Positions 8,445 to 17,297 of a stretch of DNA of 46,956 bases are shown piece by piece. The position numbers and the translations under genes were made by a program. Under the pieces are notes generated by a model. That model saw only the letters and a program-made list of their open reading frames with translations. It was not told the origin of the DNA and made no database searches. The stretch's first letter is position 1. Each line of letters opens with the position of its first letter. The stretch covers positions 1 through 46,956 of the forward strand of contig JAKSJV010000001.1 in the NCBI GenBank assembly GCA_024402005.1, given 5' to 3'. The DNA is from Bacteroidales bacterium. GTDB taxonomy: Bacteria > Bacteroidota > Bacteroidia > Bacteroidales > UBA932.

Positions 8445-10358
8445 ATGGAAAAGCTTAACATGCACACTCGGGATGTTGCAGAGGCAAACATCGAGAAGAT
8501 TGGACAGTTGTTTCCGAACTGCCTTACCGAACGTCTGAATGAAAAAGGCCAGCCTGAAACCGCAATTGACTTTGACAAACTCAAACAGGAATTGTCAAAG
8601 GAAGTAGTCGAAGGCAACCAAGAGCGCTATCAATTTACTTGGCCAGGCAAGCGAGAAGCAATGCGTTTGGCTAACACTCCTAGCAATATGACTTTGCGCC
8701 CAGACCGCGAGAGCAGTGTTGACTTTGATAACACCGAGAACATTTACATTGAAGGCGACAACCTTGAAGTACTCAAACTGCTTCGCGAGAACTATCTCGG
8801 TAAGGTGAAGATGATTTACATCGATCCGCCCTACAATACCGGAAATGATTTTGTTTACGAAGACGATTTCAGTGAAACTCTCGGAGAGTTCAAAGACAAG
8901 AGTGGAATGTTTGATGAAGACGGAAGGATGCTTTTGAATAATTACGAAGCAAATTCTGACAGTAATGGACGATTCCATACTGATTGGCTTAATATGATGT
9001 ACCCAAGACTGAAAGTCGCAAAAGACCTCCTTCGAGAAGACGGTGTCATTTTTATCAGTATAGATGATAACGAGGCAAAGAATCTCAAAAACATTACTGA
9101 TGAAATTTTTGGCGCTCAAAATTTTTTGGCGCAGGTAGTATGGGAAAGAGCATTCTCCCCGATTAATCTCATGAAGCATTTTTCGCCTTCACACGATTAT
9201 ATAATTTGTTATGCTAAGAATGTGGAGATAGCAGAGTGCTATGGCATTCCTCGTTCATCAGAAACAGACAGCAGATATTCGAATCCTGACAATGATCCAA
9301 GAGGTGTATGGTCTTCAAGCGATATATCTGTAGGTCCGGCGATTGAAGCAAATATATACCCTATCACAACGCCCTCCGGGCGTATCGTAGAGCCTCCAGC
9401 TGGACGCAGCTGGAGTCTCTCGAAAAACGCGTTTTTCGAGAGACTCCAAGATAATAGAATATGGTTTGGGCCTGATGGCAATGGCGTACCACGCATCAAA
9501 AGGTTCTTATCAGAATTGCGTAAAACTGGAATAACGCCAATGACATATTGGAGTTTTAATGAAGTTGGTCATTCACAGGATGCTACTCAAAAGCTGGCGC
9601 AGCTATTCGATGGTAAGAAGTATTTCGATTATCCGAAACCGGTTGGCTTAATCCAACGTTGTCTTTCCCTTTACACGAAAGATGACGATTTGGTTATGGA
9701 TTTCTTCTCGGGTTCTGCAACAACGGCACATGCGATAATGTTGCTTAATAAAGAAAGTGGGAACAGAAAATACATTCTGGTTCAACTCCCGGAACTGTTA
9801 TCCGAAAAGAGCGAAGCATATAAAGCAGGATTCCGAACAATTTGCGATGTTGCAATTGAAAGAATTAAGCGCTCAGCAAACCAAGTAAATGGGAAGGATA
9901 ATAAGGTGAGCCTTGATGCAGGGTTATTCGCAGAAGAGGAGCCAACAAATATAATTGACACTGGCTTCCGCGTCCTGAAACTTGACACATCAAATATGCA
10001 GGATGTCTATTACAAGCCCGAGGATTTCTCTGAAAATACCCTCTTCGAAGACAATGTCAAGCCGGGCCGCACATCGGAAGACCTTCTCTTCCAGGTTATG
10101 CTGGAATGTAATCTTCCTCTTTCCGTTAAGATTGAAAAGAAAACCATTGCCGGCAAGGAAGTTTTCAATGTGAACGACGGATATCTTCTCGCCTGCTTTG
10201 ATGAGGACGTAAATGAAACCGTCATCATGGAAGTGGCCAAACAGAAGCCTTACTACTTCATTATGCGCGACAAGTCTCTCAGTTCCGACAATGTTGCCGA
10301 CAACTTTGAGCAGATTTTCAACGCATACAGTAAAGATACCATACGAAAAATCTTGTAG
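8445..10358 (+). CDS. mod: Type III RM methyltransferase subunit (N6-adenine MTase)
   Basis: IEGDNLEVLK, IYIDPPYNTG, YPKPVGL, MDFFSGSATT; DPPY precedes FxGxG (beta class). Confidence 0.95.
   Translation: MEKLNMHTRDVAEANIEKIGQLFPNCLTERLNEKGQPETAIDFDKLKQELSKEVVEGNQERYQFTWPGKREAMRLANTPSNMTLRPDRESSVDFDNTENIYIEGDNLEVLKLLRENYLGKVKMIYIDPPYNTGNDFVYEDDFSETLGEFKDKSGMFDEDGRMLLNNYEANSDSNGRFHTDWLNMMYPRLKVAKDLLREDGVIFISIDDNEAKNLKNITDEIFGAQNFLAQVVWERAFSPINLMKHFSPSHDYIICYAKNVEIAECYGIPRSSETDSRYSNPDNDPRGVWSSSDISVGPAIEANIYPITTPSGRIVEPPAGRSWSLSKNAFFERLQDNRIWFGPDGNGVPRIKRFLSELRKTGITPMTYWSFNEVGHSQDATQKLAQLFDGKKYFDYPKPVGLIQRCLSLYTKDDDLVMDFFSGSATTAHAIMLLNKESGNRKYILVQLPELLSEKSEAYKAGFRTICDVAIERIKRSANQVNGKDNKVSLDAGLFAEEEPTNIIDTGFRVLKLDTSNMQDVYYKPEDFSENTLFEDNVKPGRTSEDLLFQVMLECNLPLSVKIEKKTIAGKEVFNVNDGYLLACFDEDVNETVIMEVAKQKPYYFIMRDKSLSSDNVADNFEQIFNAYSKDTIRKIL
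9411..9448. repeat. Perfect 38-bp palindrome inside mod
   Basis: TGGAGTCTCTCGAAAAACG|CGTTTTTCGAGAGACTCCA; both strands encode WSLSKNAFFERL. Confidence 0.95.
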
Positions 10359-10360
10359 TT

Positions 10361-11557
10361 ATGACCAACGATTTTATTCAGTTTCTCGATATATTCGCAA
10401 AGATTGCTGCAGTCGTCGCTGTTGTTTACGCACTTGGCAAAGTTTTTCATTATATCTCGCATTATAAAGAAAAACAAAACGAAGAATACACAGCCTCGTT
10501 TAACACAATAATTGCCCAATTATCAACGGACAACCAGTCTTCTCAGCTTTCTGCAGCAATTCTTCTCAGACGCTTTTTCGATGAGAAAGGCAAGAAAGGC
10601 AAAAAGAGTTTAAAAGATGAGACAATCAATGTAATATCGTCTCTCTTAAGGGTTTTACCTACGGGTATCTTTCAAAAGACCCTTGGTGATGGATTAGCTT
10701 ATGCGAAGGACCTGTCTAATTCGGATCTGCAAAAAACCAATTTACAGGATATATACCTTGGCTCGAAAAGCATTCGAATTAACCTTACTGGAGCAGATTT
10801 ATTTGGCGCCGATTTGTCTTATGCAAATCTTGATAATCTTTCTGCTAAAAATGCTGTATTTATGGGAGCAATTCTGTTTAATACAAAAATCAAAAACAGT
10901 GATTTATCCTGCGCAAACTTTATTAATGCAGACCTTAAAAGAGTCACCCTCAAAAATGTAACTCTTTATGGTGCCGACTTTAGCAAAGCATATAATATCC
11001 CTCATATCATCAAGTCCAACCTTGTTGACGGCAAATACTCCTCTGAAGATACAGTTACAGTGATGCCCGAAACAAACGGGAAATCAATATTCTTCAGCGT
11101 GCCTGGATGTATGACAAAAGAGGAAGAACTTCTGACGAAAGACTACAAGCGAGTTCTTGAGAATATGGGATATGAAATTAAGGATTATATAAAAGATAAT
11201 TATCCCAAATATGGTCAATTGAATGACGTGAGACATCGAATAGAGGCATCTGATGCTATGGTTGTTTTTGGTTTCCGTCAAATCCACATAACATCAGGAG
11301 AGTACAGAATTAATACGCCAGAGGCTGAACAAATTGATAATAAATGGCTTCCTACGCCTTGGAATGAAATTGAAGTCGGAATGGGAATGATGGCCGGATT
11401 ACCTATTCTTCTTATCAAGGATGATGACATAAATTCCGGAGTATTTGATAAGAATTTAAGTGAATGTTTTGTCGGGACAATATCCTCCTCACTGGATTGC
11501 CGCAAAATTGACACAAACAAGGAATTTATTTCCTGGCGTTCAAAATTTTCCAATTAA
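10361..11557 (+). CDS. N-terminal TM + pentapeptide repeats + C-terminal TIR-like domain
   Basis: Hydrophobic helix at aa ~10-30; ADLFG-ADLSY-ANLDN-type repeats; C-terminal IFFS...ASDAMVVFG...TPWNEIEVGMG...LPILLI. Confidence 0.7.
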   Translation: MTNDFIQFLDIFAKIAAVVAVVYALGKVFHYISHYKEKQNEEYTASFNTIIAQLSTDNQSSQLSAAILLRRFFDEKGKKGKKSLKDETINVISSLLRVLPTGIFQKTLGDGLAYAKDLSNSDLQKTNLQDIYLGSKSIRINLTGADLFGADLSYANLDNLSAKNAVFMGAILFNTKIKNSDLSCANFINADLKRVTLKNVTLYGADFSKAYNIPHIIKSNLVDGKYSSEDTVTVMPETNGKSIFFSVPGCMTKEEELLTKDYKRVLENMGYEIKDYIKDNYPKYGQLNDVRHRIEASDAMVVFGFRQIHITSGEYRINTPEAEQIDNKWLPTPWNEIEVGMGMMAGLPILLIKDDDINSGVFDKNLSECFVGTISSSLDCRKIDTNKEFISWRSKFSN

Positions 11558-11560
11558 GCA

Positions 11561-14500
11561 ATGAAATTCAATTTCAAAATACAACAATACCAGACGGATG
11601 CAGTTGAGAATACCGTAAGTGTTTTCACCGGTCAGCCGTCCCGGGACAATACGCTGTATCGCAGGGATCTTGGAAAGAAAGTTCAAGGAACTATCACCTA
11701 TGACGAGGACTATTCCGGATATCGCAATACAGACATCGAGCTCACCGACGCTCAACTTTTCGAAAAGATAAGGACTCTGCAAAGCGCACAGGACATCCCT
11801 GAATCGAAAGCACTCTCCCACGACCTTGGCCGCGTTGGGCTGGATATTGAGATGGAGACCGGTACCGGCAAGACTTATGTCTATATCAAGACAATGTTCG
11901 AGCTTAACAAACGTTACGGCTGGAGCAAGTTCATAGTCGTGGTGCCAAGTATCGCAATCCGTGAAGGTGTCTATAAAAGCTTCTGCGTACTTGAAGATCA
12001 CTTTATGGAGCACTATGGCAAGAAGGCCAGATTCTTCATCTACAACAGTTCCAACCTGCAGCAGCTGGATTCCTTCTCTTCAGATGCCGGCATCAACGTA
12101 ATGATCATCAATACGCAGGCGTTCGCGTCGTCATTGAAGGAAGGAGCCAAGAACAAGGAGAGCCGCATCATCTATTCCGAACGAGACGACTTTGGCAGCC
12201 GCAAGCCTATCGACGTATTGGCAGCCAACCGGCCTATCATCATTATGGATGAGCCGCAGAAGATGGAAGGCGAAGCAACCCAGACGGCTCTCAAGAGGTT
12301 TAAGCCTTTATTCGTGCTCTACTATTCCGCAACCCACAAGACCAGTCATAACTGCATCTATGCTCTCGATGCATTGGATGCTTACAAGCAGAAACTCGTC
12401 AAGAAGATTCAGGTGAAAGGCTTCGAGGTGAAAAACCTCAAAGGTACAAGTTCATACCTGTATTTAGACGACATTATCCTTTCAAAGAACCAACCTCCTC
12501 AGGCAAGAATCGAGTTGGAGGTAAGTGGCGTTTCCGGTATCCGGAAAGAGTCGCACAGGTTTGATTTGCACGATACCCTACAGGCGACATCCGGCTTGGC
12601 TCAGTATGACGGATTCACAATTTCCGAAATCGATGCATATAGGGATAGCGTTACCTTCCTCAACGGAGTAACTGTCCGCAAAGGAGAAGTCTATGGCGAC
12701 AGCAGCCTGATTGCTATGCAGCGTGTTCAGATACGTGAGACCATCGCTTCCCACTTTGAGAAAGAGCATGAACTGTTCAAGCAAGGTATCAAAACTCTGT
12801 CCCTGTTCTTCATTGACGAAGTGGCCAACTACAAGAGCTACAACAGCGAAGGTGAAGAAGTTCACGGACCGTTCTGGAAGATATTCGAAGAGGAGTACAC
12901 CAATTACCTCAACGACAATCTTACTCTTTTTGATGACTCATATCAGGCATATTTACGCAGATTTGATGCATCGCAGGTTCACAACGGGTATTTCTCCATT
13001 GATAAGAAGACCGGTCGCTCGATTGACTCTGAGACCAAGCGCGGAAGTGACCTTTCGGATGATATCAGCGCTTACGAGCTTATCCTGAAGAACAAAGAAA
13101 GGCTTCTGAGTTTTGATGAGCCTTGCCGCTTCATATTCTCACACTCCGCATTGCGCGAAGGTTGGGACAATCCCAACGTGTTCCAGATTTGCACTCTGAG
13201 GCACGCAAGTTCGGCTGTGGCAAAACGCCAGGAAGTTGGTCGAGGCTTGCGCCTATGCGTGGACCAGTCAGGAAACAGGATGGACTTTGAGGAGCTGGGC
13301 GACAATGTTCAGGAGGTAAACAAACTGACGGTCATCGCGAATGAAAGCTACAAAGACTTCGTGGATGGTCTCCAGAAGGAGACAAGAGAAGCGCTGCGCG
13401 TCAGGCCGACAAAAGCAGATACTCTATTCTTCCAAGGCAAAGTTGTTGAACGCGACGGCATTAAGACTACAATTGACCCTCAGGAGGCCGTGATGATTCA
13501 CTCTTATCTGATTGCCTATGGGTATGTCGATAAGAACAATAAGATTACCCAGCTTTACAAAGATGACAAAAATAACGGGACACTTCAACCTATGTTCCCT
13601 GGCCTTGCTCCGATAGAGTCTCAGGTTCACACCATCATACAGTCTCTGTTTGACGAAAGTGTCGTACTTGATGAAATGATTGAGGACGGCCACGCCACAA
13701 CCATTCAAGAGAATAAACTGAATGAGAATTTCAAGAAGAAAGAGTTCCAGGCACTGTGGAAAGAAATCAATCAGAAGTATGTCTATACCGTTCATTACGA
13801 CAGTGAGGAGCTTATCCGGAAGGCCATCACATCCATCAATGCTAATCTGATGGTTACTGAGCTGAAATACATAATGACAAGTGGAGACCAGGAGTCTGTC
13901 GATGAGTTTGGAAACCTTTCCACGAAGACAAAAACTTTGAGCACGGTCAGCACATCTTCAGTAAGATACGATCTTGTTGGCGAGATTGCACGAAGGACGA
14001 CATTGACCAGGAAGAGTGCCTGCGCTATTCTGAAAGGACTGAGGCCGACTGTTCTGTCCAAATTCAACAACAATCCGGAAGAGTTCATCAGGGAAGTCAG
14101 CAAGCTCATCAAGAATGAAAAGGCCACAATGATTGTGGAGCATATCAAGTACAACAAGCTTGACGAGACATACGATAGCGACATCTTTACGCAGGAAAAG
14201 AGTTCTCAGCCTATTTCAAAGGCGTATCTTTCTTCTAAAGCAATTCAGGACTACGTATTCACTGACGGATACGCTGAAGAAAGCACTGAAAAGAAATTTG
14301 CAAAGGCTCTTGATGCAGCATCTGAGGTATGCGTGTATGCGAAACTTCCACGTTCATTCCAGATCCCTACGCCGGTAGGTAATTATTCTCCGGACTGGGC
14401 GATTGCATTCAACCAAGGCACAGTTAAGCACATATATTTCATTGCGGAAACAAAAGGATCGATGGATTCGATGCAGATGAAAAAGGTTGAAGATGCAAAA

Positions 14501-14608
14501 ATAAAATGTGCAGAAAAACTATTCAATTATATGCCATCATCAAATGTGCGCTATCACGAAGTGGACAGTTATGAAAAGTTAATCGACGTTATGAAGAATA
14601 TAGACTAG
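11561..14608 (+). CDS. res: Type III RM restriction subunit
   Basis: IEMETGTGKT, IMDEPQ, YSATH, LREGWDNPN, QEVGRGLR and C-terminal YSPDW...IAETKG nuclease motif. Confidence 0.95.
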   Translation: MKFNFKIQQYQTDAVENTVSVFTGQPSRDNTLYRRDLGKKVQGTITYDEDYSGYRNTDIELTDAQLFEKIRTLQSAQDIPESKALSHDLGRVGLDIEMETGTGKTYVYIKTMFELNKRYGWSKFIVVVPSIAIREGVYKSFCVLEDHFMEHYGKKARFFIYNSSNLQQLDSFSSDAGINVMIINTQAFASSLKEGAKNKESRIIYSERDDFGSRKPIDVLAANRPIIIMDEPQKMEGEATQTALKRFKPLFVLYYSATHKTSHNCIYALDALDAYKQKLVKKIQVKGFEVKNLKGTSSYLYLDDIILSKNQPPQARIELEVSGVSGIRKESHRFDLHDTLQATSGLAQYDGFTISEIDAYRDSVTFLNGVTVRKGEVYGDSSLIAMQRVQIRETIASHFEKEHELFKQGIKTLSLFFIDEVANYKSYNSEGEEVHGPFWKIFEEEYTNYLNDNLTLFDDSYQAYLRRFDASQVHNGYFSIDKKTGRSIDSETKRGSDLSDDISAYELILKNKERLLSFDEPCRFIFSHSALREGWDNPNVFQICTLRHASSAVAKRQEVGRGLRLCVDQSGNRMDFEELGDNVQEVNKLTVIANESYKDFVDGLQKETREALRVRPTKADTLFFQGKVVERDGIKTTIDPQEAVMIHSYLIAYGYVDKNNKITQLYKDDKNNGTLQPMFPGLAPIESQVHTIIQSLFDESVVLDEMIEDGHATTIQENKLNENFKKKEFQALWKEINQKYVYTVHYDSEELIRKAITSINANLMVTELKYIMTSGDQESVDEFGNLSTKTKTLSTVSTSSVRYDLVGEIARRTTLTRKSACAILKGLRPTVLSKFNNNPEEFIREVSKLIKNEKATMIVEHIKYNKLDETYDSDIFTQEKSSQPISKAYLSSKAIQDYVFTDGYAEESTEKKFAKALDAASEVCVYAKLPRSFQIPTPVGNYSPDWAIAFNQGTVKHIYFIAETKGSMDSMQMKKVEDAKIKCAEKLFNYMPSSNVRYHEVDSYEKLIDVMKNID

Positions 14609-14612
14609 GTCA

Positions 14613-15374
14613 ATGAGCGAAACAAGCATCATAATCATTGGAGTGGCAGCGGTCATCCTGCTACTGATTCTCTTACGCCTTATCCTTCCTGGGAAAGGTA
14701 CTTTGGGAGAGAAGCGTGTTTGTCATATTCTGTCCAAGCTTCCGAAAGAGAGATATGAAGTATTCAATGATGTGATGCTTAAGACCGGACACGGAACGAC
14801 GCAGATTGATCACATCGTTGTTTCCCGCTATGGCGTATTCGTAATTGAAACGAAATCGTTAAGCGGATGGATTTACGGCAGTGAGGATGACAAGTACTGG
14901 ACACAGAATATATATGGCAACAAATACCAAGTGTATAATCCAGTGTTTCAGAATAGTGGCCACATCAGAGCCTTGCGTAAAATTCTGGACGATGATGGCA
15001 AAATTTTTATCTACTCCATTGTTGCCTTTTCCAGAAAAGCATCGTTAAGAATTTATCTCAAAGAGTCGTGTGTCATATATTGGAGGCAGCTCAGACGCAC
15101 GATTGAAAGTTTTTCCGAGCGGAAACTTAGCGATGAGCAGGTGTGCTTTATCGGAAACAAAATCTATGAAAACAGAATTGATACCAATGAAAAAGGTGTT
15201 AAGAAAGCCCACAAGAAAAGCGTAAAGGCAGCCAGAAAATATAGTGAATCACGGCCTTTCTCAAAGACCTGCCCAAAATGCGGCGGTCATTTGTCATTGA
15301 AGCACGGGAAATTCGGAGATTTCTATGGTTGTTCAAACTATCCGCAATGTTCTTATACGAGAAGAATTCAATAG
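14613..15374 (+). CDS. NERD nuclease-related protein with N-terminal TM and C-terminal topoisomerase-type C4 zinc finger
   Basis: GTLGE, TTQIDHIVV, VIETK, NPVFQN..H; CPKCGG...FYGCSNYPQC. Confidence 0.88.
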   Translation: MSETSIIIIGVAAVILLLILLRLILPGKGTLGEKRVCHILSKLPKERYEVFNDVMLKTGHGTTQIDHIVVSRYGVFVIETKSLSGWIYGSEDDKYWTQNIYGNKYQVYNPVFQNSGHIRALRKILDDDGKIFIYSIVAFSRKASLRIYLKESCVIYWRQLRRTIESFSERKLSDEQVCFIGNKIYENRIDTNEKGVKKAHKKSVKAARKYSESRPFSKTCPKCGGHLSLKHGKFGDFYGCSNYPQCSYTRRIQ

Positions 15375-15382
15375 AAAATAGT

Positions 15383-15697
15383 ATGGTCGGCCCCTACAAA
15401 GTCATAACCCTATGCGGTAGCACACGCTTCAAAGAGCAATTCCTCGAAGCGCAGAAGCGTCTCACCCTCGAAGGCAACATAGTCATCAGCGTCGGGCTCT
15501 TCGGCCATTCCGGAGACGATGAGGTCTGGACGGAAGGCACCAAGGAGATGCTGGACGATATGCATAAGCGCAAGATTGATATGGCGGACGAGATTTTCGT
15601 CATTAACGTTGGCGGCTACATTGGCAGCAGTACCAGGAGCGAGATTGAGTACGCGAAGTCAAATGGCAAGAAAGTCAAATATCTTGAAGCACTCTAA
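15383..15697 (+). CDS. Small nucleoside 2-deoxyribosyltransferase-like (DUF4406-like) protein
   Basis: ITLCGS, KIDMADEIFVIN, GYIGSSTRSEIEYA pattern; ATG 15383 avoids overlap with the NERD gene. Confidence 0.65.
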   Translation: MVGPYKVITLCGSTRFKEQFLEAQKRLTLEGNIVISVGLFGHSGDDEVWTEGTKEMLDDMHKRKIDMADEIFVINVGGYIGSSTRSEIEYAKSNGKKVKYLEAL

Positions 15698-15699
15698 AT

Positions 15700-16533
15700 A
15701 TGGAAGATAAGAAACAAGGCTACGTTTATATTCTAACAAATCCTTCATTCAAAGAGGATTGGGTTAAGATTGGGAAAAGTTCTCGTCCAGTAGATGTCCG
15801 TTCAAAAGAATTGGACAACACGGCTGTTCCGCTTCCATTTGAGATCTATGCGACAATGCGCACCGCTAAATATTCCGAGGCGGAAAAGCTTATCCATCGG
15901 TTCATAGAAACTTTAACAAGCCTGCGTATCAGAGACAATCGTGAGTTCTTCAATTTAAAGCCCGAGAAGGCACTTGAAATATTTAGACAAGTGGCTAGCA
16001 TTCTTGACGATGCTGTGGTTGAAGAAGTGCACAATTCGCCTATGAGAAAAATAGAAAATGTCATCGCTCCGAAACCAGAACGCAGAGTTACTAGATCATC
16101 TATCATGAGTGGAGGCAATAGTTGGATGATTCCCGCAAACCCCAACTTCTTCGATGTGGACGGATGCCTGAATAAGTTTGGTATGGTCTATTGGAGGCAA
16201 CATTATAATTTTCAAACTGGTGACATTGTTTATCTCTATGTTTCCAGTCCGGTATGCTCGCTGCGATATAAATGTATAGTTGAAGAACACGACCTGCCTC
16301 ACTCGCCTATTGTTGAAATTGATAAGGAATTCTTCGTAAAACAAAGCGATTTTGCGACGACAAGAAATCATAATCGCTACGTGAAACTTACTCTGCTGGA
16401 CACATCCTATTCTGAAATGCTGAATCTTCACAATCTTTTGGCACACGGTATGAACAGTGCACCACAAGGTTGTATAAATCTTTCGCAAAATAAATTTTCT
16501 CATCTATTGGAATATATTGAGAATAATTTTTGA
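15700..16533 (+). CDS. GIY-YIG (T5orf172-like) nuclease fused to a C-terminal EVE/PUA-like domain
   Basis: GYVYILTN, VKIG, NREFF; C-terminal WMIPANP..FD...W....GDIVYLYVSSP...YKC.V. Confidence 0.75.
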   Translation: MEDKKQGYVYILTNPSFKEDWVKIGKSSRPVDVRSKELDNTAVPLPFEIYATMRTAKYSEAEKLIHRFIETLTSLRIRDNREFFNLKPEKALEIFRQVASILDDAVVEEVHNSPMRKIENVIAPKPERRVTRSSIMSGGNSWMIPANPNFFDVDGCLNKFGMVYWRQHYNFQTGDIVYLYVSSPVCSLRYKCIVEEHDLPHSPIVEIDKEFFVKQSDFATTRNHNRYVKLTLLDTSYSEMLNLHNLLAHGMNSAPQGCINLSQNKFSHLLEYIENNF

Positions 16534-16543
16534 CATGGATTTA

Positions 16544-16669
16544 GCGGTGCGCCCAGCGAGGCAGACCAAATTATTTTTCGAGGCGGGCGGTTTCCAACGA
16601 AGCGAAGCGAAGTGCCAGAAACCGGGGCCCCGGGAGAAAAAAATTTTCGGTCTGCGAGCCAAGCACCGC
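16544..16669. mobile_element. Structured palindromic element, copy A (intergenic)
   Basis: Terminal IR GCGGTGC/GCACCGC, inner stems GCAGACC/GGTCTGC and CGGTTTC/GAAACCG; both 34-nt arms match the copy at 44583-44735 at 33/34. Confidence 0.8.
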
Positions 16670-16711
16670 CCTACCATTTGAATAACTGGACAATATAAAT
16701 AGCAAAATAAT

Positions 16712-17296
16712 ATGGACGAATTAGTTAGAGACTTCTTCCAGAAGGCCGAGGAAGAAGAAAAGCAAAAAGAAGCTGCGGCAAAAGAAAAACAGCGTAAGGA
16801 TAAGGATAAAATTCTGATAGAGAACGGCCTCTTTACCGAGGAACGGACCTACATGGAAAATCGAGGCTGGGGTGAAGCTTTTTACGACCAAGAGAAGAAA
16901 CAGTATTATAAATCAACCAAGAAAGCTGTTGAAGTCTCTGACGAAGAATATGCCCGCATTTTAGAAATTATCAACAAGAGAAAACAGACAAAGGAAGCGA
17001 AACCAGAAGAAAAACCTGCTAAGAAGTCTGTCCACCTTGAAGACGTCTATCCCAAAGCAGAGAAAATAATGCACCTGATAATCAAGATAAACCTTATTGT
17101 AACCATATTGAGTGCTGTTGTGATAATCATTGGCGGGCTTGTAATAAATGACGGATTTGCCAGCTTCGGAGCAGCACTCGGAATAGCCATCGTCGTTGTC
17201 ATTGTCGGAATTCTTGTCTGGGCATCGTCAATGGTCATAATAAACATATCGAACAACCTTCATAATTTATCACGCCTGAATCAACCAAAAGAATAA
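16712..17296 (+). CDS. Hypothetical membrane protein (charged N-terminus, two C-terminal TM helices)
   Basis: Two hydrophobic segments at aa ~122-180; 1 nt from the WYL gene. Confidence 0.75.
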   Translation: MDELVRDFFQKAEEEEKQKEAAAKEKQRKDKDKILIENGLFTEERTYMENRGWGEAFYDQEKKQYYKSTKKAVEVSDEEYARILEIINKRKQTKEAKPEEKPAKKSVHLEDVYPKAEKIMHLIIKINLIVTILSAVVIIIGGLVINDGFASFGAALGIAIVVVIVGILVWASSMVIINISNNLHNLSRLNQPKE

Positions 17297-17297
17297 T

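Noticed and set aside
8425-10358. Phase-variable simple sequence repeat in mod
   Set aside because: Only a short TATATATA upstream of the start; no long repeat tract in the ORF.
2379-14608. DISARM or BREX assignment
   Set aside because: No DrmA/DrmB (DUF1998), PglZ or BrxC; Mod and Res are typical type III subunits.
16597-16612. CGAAG repeats as a CRISPR or iteron array
   Set aside because: Three 5-mers inside a hairpin loop, no spacers and no cas or rep gene.
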